Source of the DNA: Octopus sinensis
Lineage: Eukaryota
Direction of reading: 5' to 3'
DNA: 64,000 nt
Assembly: GCF_006345805.1 (NCBI RefSeq)
Contig: NC_042999.1
Span: 135,222,001 to 135,286,000, forward strand
How positions within the stretch are numbered: position 1 is the stretch's first letter; each line of letters begins with the position of its first letter. The notes below the pieces were generated by a model. That model was given only the letters and a program-made list of their open reading frames with translations, searched no databases and was not told where the DNA came from. Positions 1 to 12,639 of this stretch are shown here, one piece after another. The position numbers and the translations under genes are program-made.

Positions 1-675
1 TCACTGGTACTTAATTTATCGATCCCAAAAGGACAAAAGCAAAGTCAACCTTGGCAGAATTTGAACTCAGAATGTAGCAATGGGCAAAATACTGCTAAGC
101 ATTTCATCCAGCATGCTAACGATTCTGCCAGCTTGCTACCTTAATGATAATAATAATAATCCTTTCTACTATAGGCACAAGGCCTGAAATTTTAGGGTAG
201 GGGCAAGTCAATTGCAACAACTCCAGTACTCAATTGGTACTTAATTTATCAACTCTGAAAAGATGGAAAACAAAGTTGACCTTGGCGGAATTTAAACTTA
301 GACCATAGCAGCAGACAAAGTACTGCTAAGCATTCCACCCAGCGTGCTAACAATTTTGCCATCTTGCCATCTTAATAATAATAATAATAATAATAACGAT
401 ACTAACTGTTTTTAATTTAAGCAAAGATAAGCAATTTGAGGTAATAATTAAGGGATAATTCTTTCTACTGTAGGCATAAGGCCTGAAATTTTGAGGGTGG
501 GGGAAGCTAGTAATTATATTGACCCAGTGCTTAACTGGTACTTATTTCATCGACTGTGAAAGGATGAAAGGCAACGTTGACCTCAGCAGAATTTGAACTC
601 TGAACAAAAGGATGAGTAAAATGCCACTAAGCATTTCATCTGGCATGCTAACAGTTTTGCCAGCTTGCCACCTCA
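1..675 (-). mobile_element. Three adjacent copies of a tRNA-headed SINE (family A), separated by (AAT)n
   Basis: Repeating block ggtacttaatttatc...aaagtcaaccttggcagaatttgaactcag at about 1-142, 166-372 and 460-675. The reverse complement contains a B-box-like gagttcaaattc. The same family recurs throughout the window. Confidence 0.8.
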
Positions 676-701
676 ATAGTAATTATATTAATAATAATAA
701 T

Positions 702-1714
702 AACAAGTGCACTCAGAGAGCACAAACCTCCACCAAGGCAACACTAATGTCCTCTCAACAATTAACCGGAGATGATTTTTAAAATGAGGATATCTGAAAT
801 AAACTCAATTGCTCTCAAAAATGAGAATACTAAAAATGAACCCGACCACTCTCAAAAGTTAAGTAAATAAAAATGGGGAAAGTCATCCAGAATCCTTGTC
901 CAGTACCTGATTGATCCCATGGTAGTCATGGAATGTGAAGGTGGGTGTGCAGGCCATGTTTGTGTCAGCCGCACTGGGAACAGGGAGGATTTTTTTCTAT
1001 GAAGACCTCTTTTTAGTCTATCCATTGATATAGTGTCTTTATGACCATTAAGGTCTATAGTGAAAAATTTATCCGTGTGTGAAAGAAAATGGAAAGGACC
1101 TGCATATGGTGCTGTTAACAGAGATTTAACAACATAGTTACGCACAAAAACATGAGTCCAAGAAGTAAAGCTTCCTTCAAAGCAGAGCTAGAAATGCAAT
1201 TGTCAAGTACTTAAGAGGTTTTAAACAGGGGTGATATATTCAAAATTGGTAAAATTAAATTTTTTATTGCTACTGAATATGTTAGTGTTATTTAATTTCT
1301 GAACAGTTTTGCTACTGTTTGTTTATGTAGTTTGATTTCTTTATCCATCTAAGACAGAGATGCCAGTAAAATTAATAATAAAGAAACGAAAATAAAACTT
1401 TGGAAACAGCAACACTGCCATAACTTACGTGAAAACTATGAGCATGCTTTCAAGGGAGATAATCAGAGAAAGATTTGAAAATGAACGTAAATCGTAATAC
1501 TTCATCTGAAGTAAATATAACAAATAATCTAGAATCCTTGTTTGGTACTGGATCGATCCCAAAATCTAATCAGTTCATGCCAGTCACAAGGCCAAACATC
1601 CCTGAAAGTTTCATCCGAATCCATCCTGTGGTTCTTGAGATATCTTGTCTACAGACAAACAAACAAACATGACTGAAAACAATACCTCTGCCTTCACTAA
1701 AGTGGAGGTAATAA
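702..1714 (-). mobile_element. Non-autonomous Helentron/HINE-like element with internal cargo
   Basis: Left end aacaagtgcactcagagagcacaaacctccaccaaggc and right end aatacctctgccttcactaaagtggaggtaataa (short hairpin) resemble the subterminal acctccgcc/ggcggaggt motifs of Helentron-associated elements. Recognised from memory, not by search. Confidence 0.5.
919..1165 (-). mobile_element. Gypsy/Ty3 LTR retrotransposon fragment (integrase C-terminus, GPY/F module)
   Basis: Minus frame reads THVFVRNYVVKSLLTAPYAGPFHFLSHTDKFFTIDLNGHKDTISMDRLK, matching the HVFVR..PY.GPF..DTVSIDRLK pattern of Gypsy integrase tails. Confidence 0.75.
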
Positions 1715-1715
1715 T

Positions 1716-2105
1716 GATTTCAAATTTTGGCACAAGCCCAGCAATTTCGGGTGAGTGGGTAAGTTAATTACATCGACCCCAGTGTTCAACTGGTACCTAT
1801 TGTAACAATCCTGAAAGAATGAAAGGCAAAGTCAACCTTGGCGGAATTTGAACTCAGAACCTGAAGACAAAGGAAATGCTGCTAAGCATTTTGTCTGGTG
1901 TACTAATGATTCTACCAGCTCATTCTTTCTACTATAGACCAAAGACCTGAAATTTTGGGGGAGGAGTCGTCAAATTGACCCCAGTGCTCAACTGGTACTT
2001 ATTTCATCATTCTGAAAAGGATGAAAGGCCAAGTCAACCTCAGCAGATTTTGAACTCAGAACATAAAGACAGACGAAATGCTGCTAAGCATTTTGTCCAG
2101 CATGC
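1716..2105 (-). mobile_element. Two adjacent family-A SINE copies
   Basis: Same ...gaaaggcaaagtcaaccttggcggaatttgaactcagaac... block as at 1-675, present twice. Confidence 0.75.
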
Positions 2106-2841
2106 CAACAATTATACATTGAACATTCCACTCTGAGTCACCAAATCATCTCATCTTCTCCACTATCTTATGCCTCCTCATACACTACACCAGCCTCTCA
2201 CACTCTCACAACCTACTCAACAACTTGTCATCTCTTTCTCTCTCACACAAATATCCTTCCCTTATCTATTATATTATCATTACTGTTCTGCCTTTCTTCA
2301 CCACCATGTGTTATTGGTCATCCCATCACCTTATCCACTGTTCACTACAACCACCCCTCAATACCTGTTCTTCAGTCATATTCACCCCTTCTCTCATTCC
2401 CCATTTCTTACTCTCCCAATCTCTAATCACTCACATTCCCAGTTTTACTTCTATTCATTTCTGCTCACCTCATATCTTAGGTGGGGGAGGGTCCACCTTG
2501 ATCACCCTCACCCACCCTCTCATCTAAAGGGTGAGTTGCTATATAACACTTCTACAGCAAGAACTCTGTTCTAGTTTGGTCCCTTCCTCTCTTACTTTAA
2601 ACCTCATCTTCTCGCATAAAGCTGCAGTTCTCAAATTTACAGGATGACCTCAGTACAGCAGGAAATTTGTTCTATAATGAGATTACAATCACATCATAAC
2701 AATACTCTAAATGAGGTATTTGGGACACATTGATGTATGAAGTGAGTAAGAAGGTTAACAGTTACTGAGCAGTGATATATCAATTAGCAGTGTTTTAATG
2801 CAAACAATTATTGAAAGAAAAAAAATTGGGTCTCTTTTCAG

Positions 2842-2892
2842 ATATTCTATCCTGATCTTATAAATAAAGCTGATACTCCAGAATATGCTTTG
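2842..2892 (+). CDS. CACTIN: Cactin, internal exon (IFYPDLINKADTPEYAL)
   Basis: Acceptor ttttcag at 2835-2841, donor gtaagt at 2893, 51 nt, phase 0/0. Matches the conserved cactin C-terminal motif (GYKFN)IFYPDLI.K..TPEY.L. Confidence 0.92.
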
Positions 2893-3479
2893 GTAAGTTT
2901 TTCCCACATTTATTTCTGAAAAACTCTTCTGCAACATTATATTTTAAAAAATTAATTAATTTACTAATTAATATTGGACTTTCACTTTCCTAAACTATAT
3001 GGTAAGCATGGATTTTTGTTCCTTTTCCGAGAGAGATATAGTTACAACTACAGATGGAACAAATAAAAATTTACTAAACCTTCTCTGAAAAGCAGTCTTG
3101 GTAACTGATTTCTATGCTGAGGTTAACCATTAGCACACTGCATTTTTTTCTAGAATTGTTTCCCCTACCACTGCCCTGTTACTACAGAGGAGAAAACTCA
3201 TACAGTGACATGATGCACCTACAGTGTGCTAAAGTTTAATAGTTTATGATTAATATATTGGAAGTATGAACATAAACATCTGTGAAACATGATGCAGTTA
3301 TATTGTATGTAATGATGTATGATGTATGATGATGTATGATAAACGTGGAGCAGCGTTATTACATTGGTATTACATGTGATGTATGACAGTGACGCTTCAT
3401 AATGTGTCATAGGTATGGTGGTATATTCTGTTTTATCATTATCGTCTTAATATTCACTTTTCCATGCATGCCTGGGTCA

Positions 3480-3750
3480 GATGGAGTTTATTGAAGTAGA
3501 CTCTCTATGGCTGGATGTCCTTCCTATCACCAGCCCTTACCTGTTTCTGAACAAGGTAATATCTCCCCATGGCCAGACATGTTTACACAGAATATTGGAA
3601 ATCATTCAACATCAGAACAAGAAGACACACACACACACACACACAAATCCACTCACAAAGCTTTAGTTGGCCAAAAGTGCCACAGTGGGACTGAACCCAA
3701 AAATCATATTGTTGGGAAGCCAACTTCTTACTCACACAGCTATGCTCAAT
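3480..3750 (-). mobile_element. Decayed RTE-tail repeat plus family-B SINE remnant
   Basis: ggctggatgtccttcct (RTE-type tail motif seen many times in the window), then (CA)n and aaatccactcacaaag...gtgggactgaaccc of SINE family B. Confidence 0.5.
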
Positions 3751-4337
3751 GCTACATAAATGGGTTGATGGCTGATACATCATAAATGTGGTGGTGTGTG
3801 TCTGACATGTGAGGCAGTTATATAGTAAAATGTGCCAACATAGAGCAATCATACAGTATGATGCATGCAAGTAAAACAATTGTATCTGGCTATATTTGTT
3901 TTATAATTGGGTGATGTTTGAGGTGGGGTTGTGAATGGATCTGAGTGAGAGATTAATTAAGAATTTTGAGAAGTTAATTGACATAGATTATTAAAGTATT
4001 TCATGAGAAAAACCTTTATATCTAATCTAGTATTTCCTAACCTTTTGGGGAAACCTTAAAATACAATTCCATATCTCTGGAAAACTGTATAAAAAAATAA
4101 TTATATATTGTTATTAACTTTGCTTGACTGACAAATTTGGTTCTCTTTCTATTTCATAGTTGATTATTTAAAAGTAAGCTCATCCAGGCTGTAAAATCAG
4201 TTCCTCTAACAGAATGTTTCCTACATATGCTAGCATGGTATAAATAGCTGCACAATATATCTCATTTTGAATTGTTTCATTCCTTCTGAAAATTGATTTT
4301 TACTTCAGTGATATAATTGTCTCCTCTCTCTTTACAG

Positions 4338-4400
4338 ACACCTTGCAATGACAATAAAGATTTTGCACTGTTACGCTTTCATGCTGGACCACCCTATGAG
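4338..4400 (+). CDS. CACTIN: Cactin, penultimate exon (TPCNDNKDFALLRFHAGPPYE)
   Basis: Acceptor ctctctttacag, donor gtaaat at 4401, 63 nt, phase 0/0. Contains the conserved LRFHAGPPYE motif. Confidence 0.95.
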
Positions 4401-5525
4401 GTAAATATTGTTTTATATCCATTTAGAGACTGTTGTTCTTGAAGTAGAGATGTTTTTAGGAGTATTATTTTGCCTTACTGATTTTAAAAATTGGTAGACT
4501 TATGTGGCGTTTAAGAATATTACTAAAAAGCTAGTTACTAGTGTGTGTGTCCTACTTTTTTATATATATTTTTTTCATATTTTCTGTATCTCAACAACTA
4601 TCCTTAATGGTAATTGTGCTTTTAGCAGTTTGGCAATTAACCTCAATAAAGCTAGCCCTTCTATTAGGATCACTTATTGAATGGCAAAGAGAGAGTGTAG
4701 CTGTTTGTGGAAAAGTCTTTTTTTTTTTATGCTGAGTAGGGAATACTTTTTTGTAGTAGTTCAAAGTTTCACTATGAAAGTCAGTATCACTAGATAAGTT
4801 ACATGATACCAGCAGAATTTAATCCACCAAAACTATGTTTGCAGGGTCCTAACATTCCATTCTGGTTAAACACCAAGAAGCTGTCCAAAATATCAAGGAT
4901 CAGTTATTTGCAAGCATTCACCAGGACCATTGACTGCTGAAGAGAGGGTGTAACTATTTGCAATGGAAACAATACAACTTTTTTGTCATTCCCCATATAT
5001 CTGCATTATAAACTGCTTATTTTGAACAAATGTATTGATAGAGCTTGTTACTCCACAAGATGGCATGTGAGCCATAAAGGCTGCATCAGAATTTCTTTGG
5101 GGCTAAATTCTGATGATCTATTGCTAGAAATGGTGCATTCTAACCAGGGATACATAAAATGCTCTCTCTCTTTCTCATCAAAATCGTCAGAGCATTAGAC
5201 TTATCAGTGACTAGTTGGATAGCTGGTTTTCTAAAGCTCAAGTTGCAGATGATATATTAATGTTCATCACAGTGCTCCCCATACCTCTTGTTACTTACGT
5301 TACTGTACCATAGTTCTGCTCTCCATGAATACCAGTCTGCTATTGATAAATACAATAAGAAATAAATTTAAATTATAAGGTTGCGTTGTCCAAAATCACA
5401 AGACATAGGTTTCTACTCTCTCGACCCTAAAAAATAAAACCAGAAAAAGAAAAAAAAAAAAAAACAACATTTTAATGAATATGTACTTAAATATTGTAAT
5501 AACTGTGTGAATTCTCCTTTTGCAG

Positions 5526-5651
5526 GATATTGCATTCAAAATCGTCAACCGTGAATGGGAATATTCATACAAGCGAGGCTTCCGCTGTCAGTTCCAAAAC
5601 AACATTTTCCAACTGTGGTTTCACTTCAAACGTTATCGTTATCGACGATAG
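5526..5651 (+). CDS. CACTIN: Cactin, last coding exon (DIAFKIVNREWEYSYKRGFRCQFQNNIFQLWFHFKRYRYRR*)
   Basis: Acceptor ttttgcag ends at 5525 and the TAG stop is at 5649-5651. The translation is the highly conserved cactin C-terminus. Confidence 0.96.
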   Translation, partial: DIAFKIVNREWEYSYKRGFRCQFQNNIFQLWFHFKRYRYRR

Positions 5652-5703
5652 GATTCCCCTGCTCTCTTCATTCAGATTATTAAAGCAATGTATATTTTTT
5701 AAC

Positions 5704-5768
5704 AATAAATCTCTTCTTTTGGAGTTGGTTGAGTTTGCTTTCCACAACTTATTGTTACTAATAATAAA
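5704..5768 (+). promoter_or_regulatory. Candidate cactin polyadenylation signals (two AATAAA)
   Basis: AATAAA at 5704-5709 and 5763-5768, just after the stop and followed by T-rich sequence. Usage is unknown. Confidence 0.4.
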
Positions 5769-6499
5769 GAAAAAAGAAAGCTTGGTGTAGTTTTGTATAA
5801 AATAATTTTAATTTTTGATAAAATATAACTTTTCCCATGCTAGCATGGAAAGCGGACATTAAATGATGATGATGATGATGATGATGGATAGGAACCATGT
5901 AGTGGTAGAAAAATAGACAGAAGCTGTAGTAATTTTGTAATAAGTGAAGGTTGTAGTAACAGTATCAGTGATAGATGTGGTAGTACTGTAATGTGTTATT
6001 GGTGAATGAAGGTTGTAGTACCTGTTGAATAGACAGAATGGGTGTAATAACAGTATCAGAGAGAAAGAAATGTGGTAATGGTTGTGAAGGTTTGTCAATC
6101 ATTTGGATGTTTTTTTTCTCTCTTAGCTTTTTTTCTCCTCTCAGCTGTTCAATATTAGTACTTCAATAATAGTATCTGTTTGAACCACTGTATGGTTCCT
6201 TATAAGCCAAAGAGTGAACTTCTATACAGTCACTCAGTTAACTAAAAATAACATTCAAATATCTCTCAGATCAGATTATACCATCTTAAATAAAAGCACT
6301 TTAGATAAGGTAGTCCTAAAAAGATGAGATGCTCATAGCTGGAATATCTCTGATCATATACCTGTTCAATTGGAGTTGGCCTGGAGTTAAAAACAAGTAT
6401 TTTGGGGTGGTGTGTATTAGATGTATTCATAGAAATGTGCTCCTCATGTCAACTTCACAAATTTCTTTTTAAAATGAGAGCGAAAAAGCTCTGTAGACC

Positions 6500-7045
6500 T
6501 AAATGTCACGCTGGTGAGACCCATATTGGAGTATGGGATTCAAGCCTCTTCTCTTTATCTCCTCAAAGACATACAGCATCTCGAAAGAGTCCAGAAGCTG
6601 GCTACCCGCATGGTTCATGGTCTCAAAAATTTGTCCTACGAAGAAAGGCTGAGGACGCTCGACCTTTATTCTCTTGAAAAACGCCGCCGCCGTGGTGATC
6701 TCATTCTCGCCCACAACATCATAAGCGAAAAGTGTAACCTCTCGAAAGAGCTGTTCTTCACTCCTGCTCCAGAGCGTCGGCTGCGGGGTCATTCTGAAAA
6801 GCTCTACCTGCGACGATTTCATCTCAATCGAAGGAGAGGAGCTTTCTCTGTCCGGGTTGCGGATCCGTGGAACAAGCTGTCAGACGAGATGGTGAAGATG
6901 CCGACGACCGCTTTGTTCAAAGCCTCCCTGGACCTCAAGTGGCCTGAACTCTTTACATGAACACCACCCTGTACTTAACTCCATGTCCCCCTACATGGCC
7001 TTGCTATTTGCTTTTGAGCCAAATTAACTAACTAACTAACTAAAT
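6500..7045 (+). mobile_element. 5'-truncated CR1-clade LINE, 3' end, little decayed
   Basis: Uninterrupted frame LVRPILEYG...LERVQKLATRMV.GL..LSYEERL..L.LYSLEKRRRRGDLI...RGHS.KL...FSVRVADPWNKL. More GC-rich than its flanks and ends in a (TAAC)n tail at about 7026-7045. Confidence 0.9.
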
Positions 7046-7438
7046 ATTGTTGTGCCTGCATTGAAGGGTTTATCTTTAAATATCTATGAATAACATGTCA
7101 AAGAGACCCAATCTTGGCAGAATGCATACTTTTTCAGTATATACACTACAGGTGGATATTATACAAAATACATGGGTTGAAGTGAATTGAAATGGCTTGA
7201 TCACAGATTGAACCTTGTATTGCAGATTTTACTCACTTGAAGTTTACCATTTATTTATGATGCTTGCAGCACATAGATATGACATAAGAATGAGCCTTCA
7301 TCATTATCATTTAACATCAGTTGACCATGCTGGCAAGAATTGAAGTATTAATAAAAATAAATAAAATGAAAATGTAGCAAGTGTCCATTGAGAATTGAAT
7401 TTTTGACCTGTGATTAATGGTCAAGTACATTGACCAAT

Positions 7439-7504
7439 GCTTTTCATTAAATCATTCTGTATACTATTCTGGTACTGTGTCACCTGAAATTAGATAAGAA
7501 GTTC
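7439..7504 (-). pseudogene. Disabled duplicate fragment of the adjacent galactosyltransferase CDS
   Basis: Aligns without gaps to 7869-7934 (offset 430). The minus frame reads TSYLISGDTVPE*YTE*FNEK against TAYLISGDIVPELYAESFNGK in the CDS. Confidence 0.75.
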
Positions 7505-7662
7505 TTATTAATACCACTTGTTTTAATAACCATCACCTTAGAAGAATAAAAGATGTCAACTATGGCAGGATTTGAACTCAGAATATGGGGTAAGGATATT
7601 CAAGAATGCAGGGCACTTAGTTCATTTCAGCAAGCTTCAACTGCTATTTTTAAAAGAGAAAA

Positions 7663-8612
7663 TTAATGGCAAACAAGATTTACGTCTTTTAATTGTTTAT
7701 AAATAATTTTCATTTTTCTTGGCACCACATGATGTCCACTTATTATGTTTTTGTAGGCACAGCCAGTGTGTTGTCGGTTATGGATTGTAAACATGTTACT
7801 GTTTATTCTTGTTGCATTCACTCGGTTTGCAAGCATCCCTGTTATATAAACATCTTCAAGCCAGAAGCGCTTTCCATTAAATGATTCTGCATATAATTCT
7901 GGTACTATGTCACCTGAAATTAGATAAGCAGTCCCAGACATATAATCAGGAAACTCATTCTTTTGATATTTTGACATGGGTGTGTACCATTTTGATGAAC
8001 TATCTCTGATTGGTACAACATGTTGAAAAAGTAAACCCATGATAAACCGAGAACGTTTCATGTTCATAAGTGTTTTCTCTAACAATGGAAGATTTATATA
8101 CATATCATCATCTGTTTTCAACACAAATTTTACTTTACTACATGAAGAACTCACCCAACGCAGATAAGCAATTGACTTTAAAGACAAGTTTCCATAATGA
8201 TCAATATAGTTCTCTTGTACAATATCACCATATTTTACACTTTCTTCATGAATATCATCTTGAACACCAGGACTATGTGTAACACCTTCAAAAAAAACCA
8301 TCTTAAAGTTTGAATTGTTCCTAGCATATTGACCCCAAGTCTCTCGTATGGTATTTCGACGCAGTATATTTATTGGGGCTGAACACACAGCAACAAGGAT
8401 CTGAACGGAGTCAGAACAATTATTTGTCAAATGAATATATGAGAAATAATATGATTGTTGGTTTATGATGAAACCATTTGAAAATGGAAGAAATCGTAAC
8501 CTCCCTGAAAGTATATTCATGTAGGTTTCTGGATAGATTTGGTACATGAGAATAATGTACACAAAAACGGCTATAATAAATATTGTCATCCATATGAGAA
8601 TCTTCTTTTTAC
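7663..8612 (-). CDS. B3GALT: Beta-1,3-galactosyltransferase (GT31 family, B3GALT1-like), main/terminal exon
   Basis: N-terminal hydrophobic anchor preceded by KKK. GT31 motifs: RR..IRETWG, DIVQENYID.Y.NLSLKS, VLKTDDDMY (DXD), SKWY, YMSGTAY, LEDVYITG. Acceptor tttccag ends at 8613 and the frame stays open from 8612 (phase 1) to the stop at 7663. The symbol is family-level only. Confidence 0.93.
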
Positions 8613-8668
8613 CTGGAAATAATAAGAAATAAACATTTCATTAATATATATATATATATTATTTTATT

Positions 8669-8818
8669 AAAGCCAAAAATTCTTCACCAAATTTTTATTC
8701 AGAGTTTCTTGACTGCTCATTAGACAGTTATAATACAGACTGGTATGTATTATCACAACTGTCTGAGAAACAGTCACAGGAATCTCTAAGTAACTGTTTG
8801 TGAAATTTTTTAGGCTTT
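8669..8818. mobile_element. Fold-back MITE-like element
   Basis: Imperfect inverted arms: aaagccaaaaattcttcac/gtgaaattttttaggcttt, agacagtt/aactgtct, ataatac/gtattat. Confidence 0.45.
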
Positions 8819-9449
8819 AGCAAAATAGTATTTTACTCTACTTTTGGTATTTTAGTTCTATTTTTTCTACCTTGTTTTGCATTTATGTACTTACTTGTGT
8901 GTGTGTGTGTGTGTGCATGCATACATATATATTATATCATATTATAATAATATTATTATATCTGCAAGTAGTATTATTATCAAAGTAAGAGTACTCAATA
9001 CCTACTGTAGAGTAAATATTTCTTTTAACATTTGAAATATTCCTTTATGAAGAGAACATCAGAGGATTACTTTATATGGTTGAAACTTTATGGTAATACA
9101 ACAGTTACCTCCACCTCACAACAGCAAAAACCTGTTCAAGGGGGAAATTACTCTGAAGGAAAAGTGATAGTGTAGAAATAGATTCTCTAAACCTCCTGCA
9201 GACAACTTCTCTAATCCCTGTAGCATAATAAAATGCACTGAATCAGCACTGTATAATGGTTAATACCTGAAAGAGTATCTGACTATAAAGCCCATGTAAA
9301 AAAAACAAGCATGACATATTCAACAGCAGAGTTGGCCAGTTTTCTCTGTTGCTGTACATGCTAGATGACAAAAGTCTGTGATGAGAAACATCGCCACCAC
9401 CACCATGATAAAACTGGCATAATGATGATTTCTTATACACATATATATG

Positions 9450-10620
9450 TTAGGTTGTTTCTCATGAAATGTCGCATTTTTAATTACTTGTTATTTAAAA
9501 ACTCAATTATGTATATCTTGCATTTAATCTTGACATTTTTTCTTTCCCAACAATATTGGTATACAAAATTCGTACCTATAGACCTTATGAAAATGATAAG
9601 AACCAAACTATGCTGAGTGATTATCTTGTATGAGTACAAAGTGGATCACTTTGCTGCAGAAGCTCTACAGAATATCAAGCGTGCCTTTAGTAATGGTTTT
9701 GTTGACATCAGAAATGTTCAAAGATGGGTCCAAAGCTCTCATTCAGGAGATGATAGCCTTAAAAATAAACCAAGGGGTAGGACAAAATCAGTTATTCAGC
9801 GTGATGGATCACATGCTTTGGTTGAACAAAATCCAAGAGCAAAGGTTTGAAAACTTTCATCAGAATTCCAAACATTTTGCACAACTGTCTTTGGACACCT
9901 GTAAAAATTTGGAAAAGTCAAGAAAACAGATTGGTTTGTTCCACATCAACTGAACGTGATTCAGAAAAACACACCTTGAAGTGTGCTCCTTATTGCTTTC
10001 CCGACTGGAAAAAGACCATTTTTGCATCAAATCATTACTTGTGATGAGAAATGGATACTCTTTGACAACAGCAGGAGAACAGGACAGTGATTAGATGCAG
10101 GAGAGTCACCTAAACACTGCCCAAACCCACCATTGCTCCCTAAAAAGCTAGTGGTCACTGTATGGTAGTCTGTGAAGGGAGTTATTTATTATCCATTTTT
10201 GCGACAAGGAAAAACAGTAACAGCAACATCATATTGCCAGGAAATTGATTATATGTGCGAGAATTTGAAAAAGAAGCAACCCAGACTAGTAAACAGAGAT
10301 GGCCCAATTTTGCTCCACAACATTGCACGTCCTCACACTCCTCAAGCTATGGTCCAAAAGTTGCAAAGCCTGAATTATGAGATTTTGCAGAATCCTTCCT
10401 ATTCCCCTGATAATTCTCCTACAGATCATCACTTATTTAAGCATTTGGAGCTTTTCGTAAACAATAAAACAGTCTTAAATATAGAAGAGGTAATTGAAGC
10501 ATTCGGACAGTTTAACACAGTAAAAGATGAATTTTTTTTTTTAAAGATGGAATATATAACAGAGAAACATTGGGTAAACATCATAAATAAACATGGATCA
10601 TAGTTTGATTAAATAAATCA
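9450..10620 (+). mobile_element. Degenerate mariner transposon
   Basis: Frameshifted transposase motifs in order: N-terminal HTH, FVPHQL (WVPHEL-like), ITCDEKWILFDN, GVIYYPFL, ILLHNIARPH, YSPDNSPTDHHLFKHL. Confidence 0.85.
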
Positions 10621-10654
10621 GTTCTCTAACACTTCTGAAACATATATATATATC

Positions 10655-11575
10655 ATCATCATCATTTAACATCTTTTTTTTTTTCCATGCTGACAGTTTG
10701 ACAAGAACAGATGAGGAAAAAGGCTTCATCAGGTTCTATGCTTGCTTTGCATTGGTTTCAACAACTAGATGCCCTTCTTAACACTTAACCAAATGTACTG
10801 GGTGCTTTTAATGTAGCATGAGCACTGGTGAGGTCACCAGGTACCCAAGCAGGTGTCTTACTAAAGAGGTGAATACATGGCTTGCCCACCTGTAAAGTGA
10901 GAGAGATGTGAGGTTCAGGTACATGACAATGAGACAATAAGCTAGAAGAAGGGAAAAAGTAGATGTGCTGATAAGTCCATTGAGTGAATATAGTGTGACA
11001 GATAATTAAAGGTAAGCAATTAGTTAGATGCAGAGGATATCAGTTCAGTGCATGAGGAAGTAAAGAAGATAGGGTGACATAGAAGACTGATGGAAGAGTG
11101 ATCGTCAGATAATGAGTTGTGGGGAAAGGCTTGATTCTGTTGAGATAGATTGGTCTTCTCAAGCACAATGCCATTCATCTCAATCACTCATCTCTTCTGA
11201 GAGGTTGAACATCTTGAGGTTGGTCTTCACCACTTCATGCCATGTCTTCCTAGGTCTACTACTATCACATGTTCCTTCCATATTTACTGACCATACGAGA
11301 AGTCTTCTCTCCAACAAACTACGTCTCATGTCTCTTATACCCATTTTTTCTCTAAGCATGCACTTTGTAATGCATACACATTAACATTGCACATCCATCA
11401 AAGCATACTTGTTTCATTTCTTTCAAAACTTCCCATGTCCTCTGCATTTACAGCCAAAGTTTCACAGCCATGTATCATTGCTATTCATATGCAAGCACAA
11501 TACAATTTGCTTTTCATTCTAAAAGAGAGGCCTTCTGTTACCAACAGATGTAAAAGTTCTCTGAACTTTCTCCAA
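10655..11575 (-). mobile_element. RTE-clade LINE, decayed 3' end with (GAT)n-type tail
   Basis: Minus strand shows RT C-terminal remnants (gaactttctcca.., gtagtagacctaggaagacatgg = GRPRKTW-like) and the tail motif aagaagggcatc. Confidence 0.65.
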
Positions 11576-11894
11576 CATGGCAGGAGTACACGGTCAGGGT
11601 TACGGAGCTCTCTCCTAAGCATTATGAAAAATGCTTAGGAGAGAATCATCAACATTGATTGATGGGCTTAAGGATACCACAGTCAAACTACTTATTATAC
11701 ACCCTGTCAGGTTGCAGACATGGTTGCATTCGCTGGCTCTGCCGAAGAGGTTTTCTGTACTGTCACACACACCCGGGGACAATTCGATTATGGGGCGTAT
11801 GATCATAGATAGCAAGTAGGAGAATCTGTAGTTGCTAGCAATGTTAGCTCCGCAAACCCTGTATGAGACATTGTATGAAAGTTCAGAATGGCGT

Positions 11895-12070
11895 TCATAG
11901 GCATAGGAGTGGCTGTGTGGTAAGTAGCTTGCTTACCAACCACATGGTTCCGGGTTCAGTCCCACTGCGTGGCACCTTGGACAAGTGTCCTCTACTATAG
12001 CCTTGGGCTGACCAAAGCCTTGTGAGTGGATTTGGTAGACAGAAACTGAAAGAAGCCCATCGTATATATG

Positions 12071-12111
<41 letters not shown>

Positions 12112-12320
12112 ATATGTTTGTGTGTCTGTGTTTGTCTCCCCAACATTGCTTGACAACCGATGCTGGTGTGTTAACGTCCCCGTAACTTAGCGGTTCGGCA
12201 AAAGAGATCGATAGAATAAGTACTAGGCTTACAAAGAATAAGTCCTGGGATCGATTTGCTCAACTACAGGCGGTGCTCCAGCATGGCCACAGTCACATGA
12301 CTGAAACAAGTAAAAGAGTA
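11895..12320 (+). mobile_element. tRNA-headed SINE family B, full-length
   Basis: Head ggagtggctgtgtggtaag...ccgggttcagtccc with A/B-box-like motifs, internal (TA)n(TG)n, tail ggcggtgctccagcatggcc...ctgaaacaagtaaaag. Confidence 0.85.
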
Positions 12321-12639
12321 ATGGGTTTGTCCAAGAACCTGGAGTTATCTGTGTAAATGCCCCAAATCGTCTGACAAGCGGTGAGGCATGTGAATCAGTC
12401 ACCCGCCTTCAACACTCTATGATGAGCCAAAGTGCAAAACTGTTTTTACAGGGGACAAGAGATTAAATTTTAGAACATTCTAGAAAGCCGTATCATGCCA
12501 CAGCTTCACGCTGATAGGTCAATTCATAGATCAATCATGTGAAACTGGTGATCCACTCGTGGTGTCTAACCAAGTATCTAGTGGTCTGGGTTCGAATCCC
12601 TGCCACACCTATACATACATACATACATACATACATACA

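Noticed and set aside
2130-2620. Two overlapping 100-134 aa pyrimidine-rich ORFs
   Set aside because: Low complexity; the minus strand looks like a very decayed RTE 3' end (GRP.KTW-like).
2755-2937. 60-aa minus ORF; also the plus and minus ORFs at 5530-5790
   Set aside because: They overlap true cactin exons on another strand or frame, which have proper splice sites and conserved sequence.
6499-6822. 107-aa minus ORF, and similar antisense ORFs at 16437-16793, 25126-25311 and 48899-49618
   Set aside because: They are shadows opposite recognisable LINE coding sequence.
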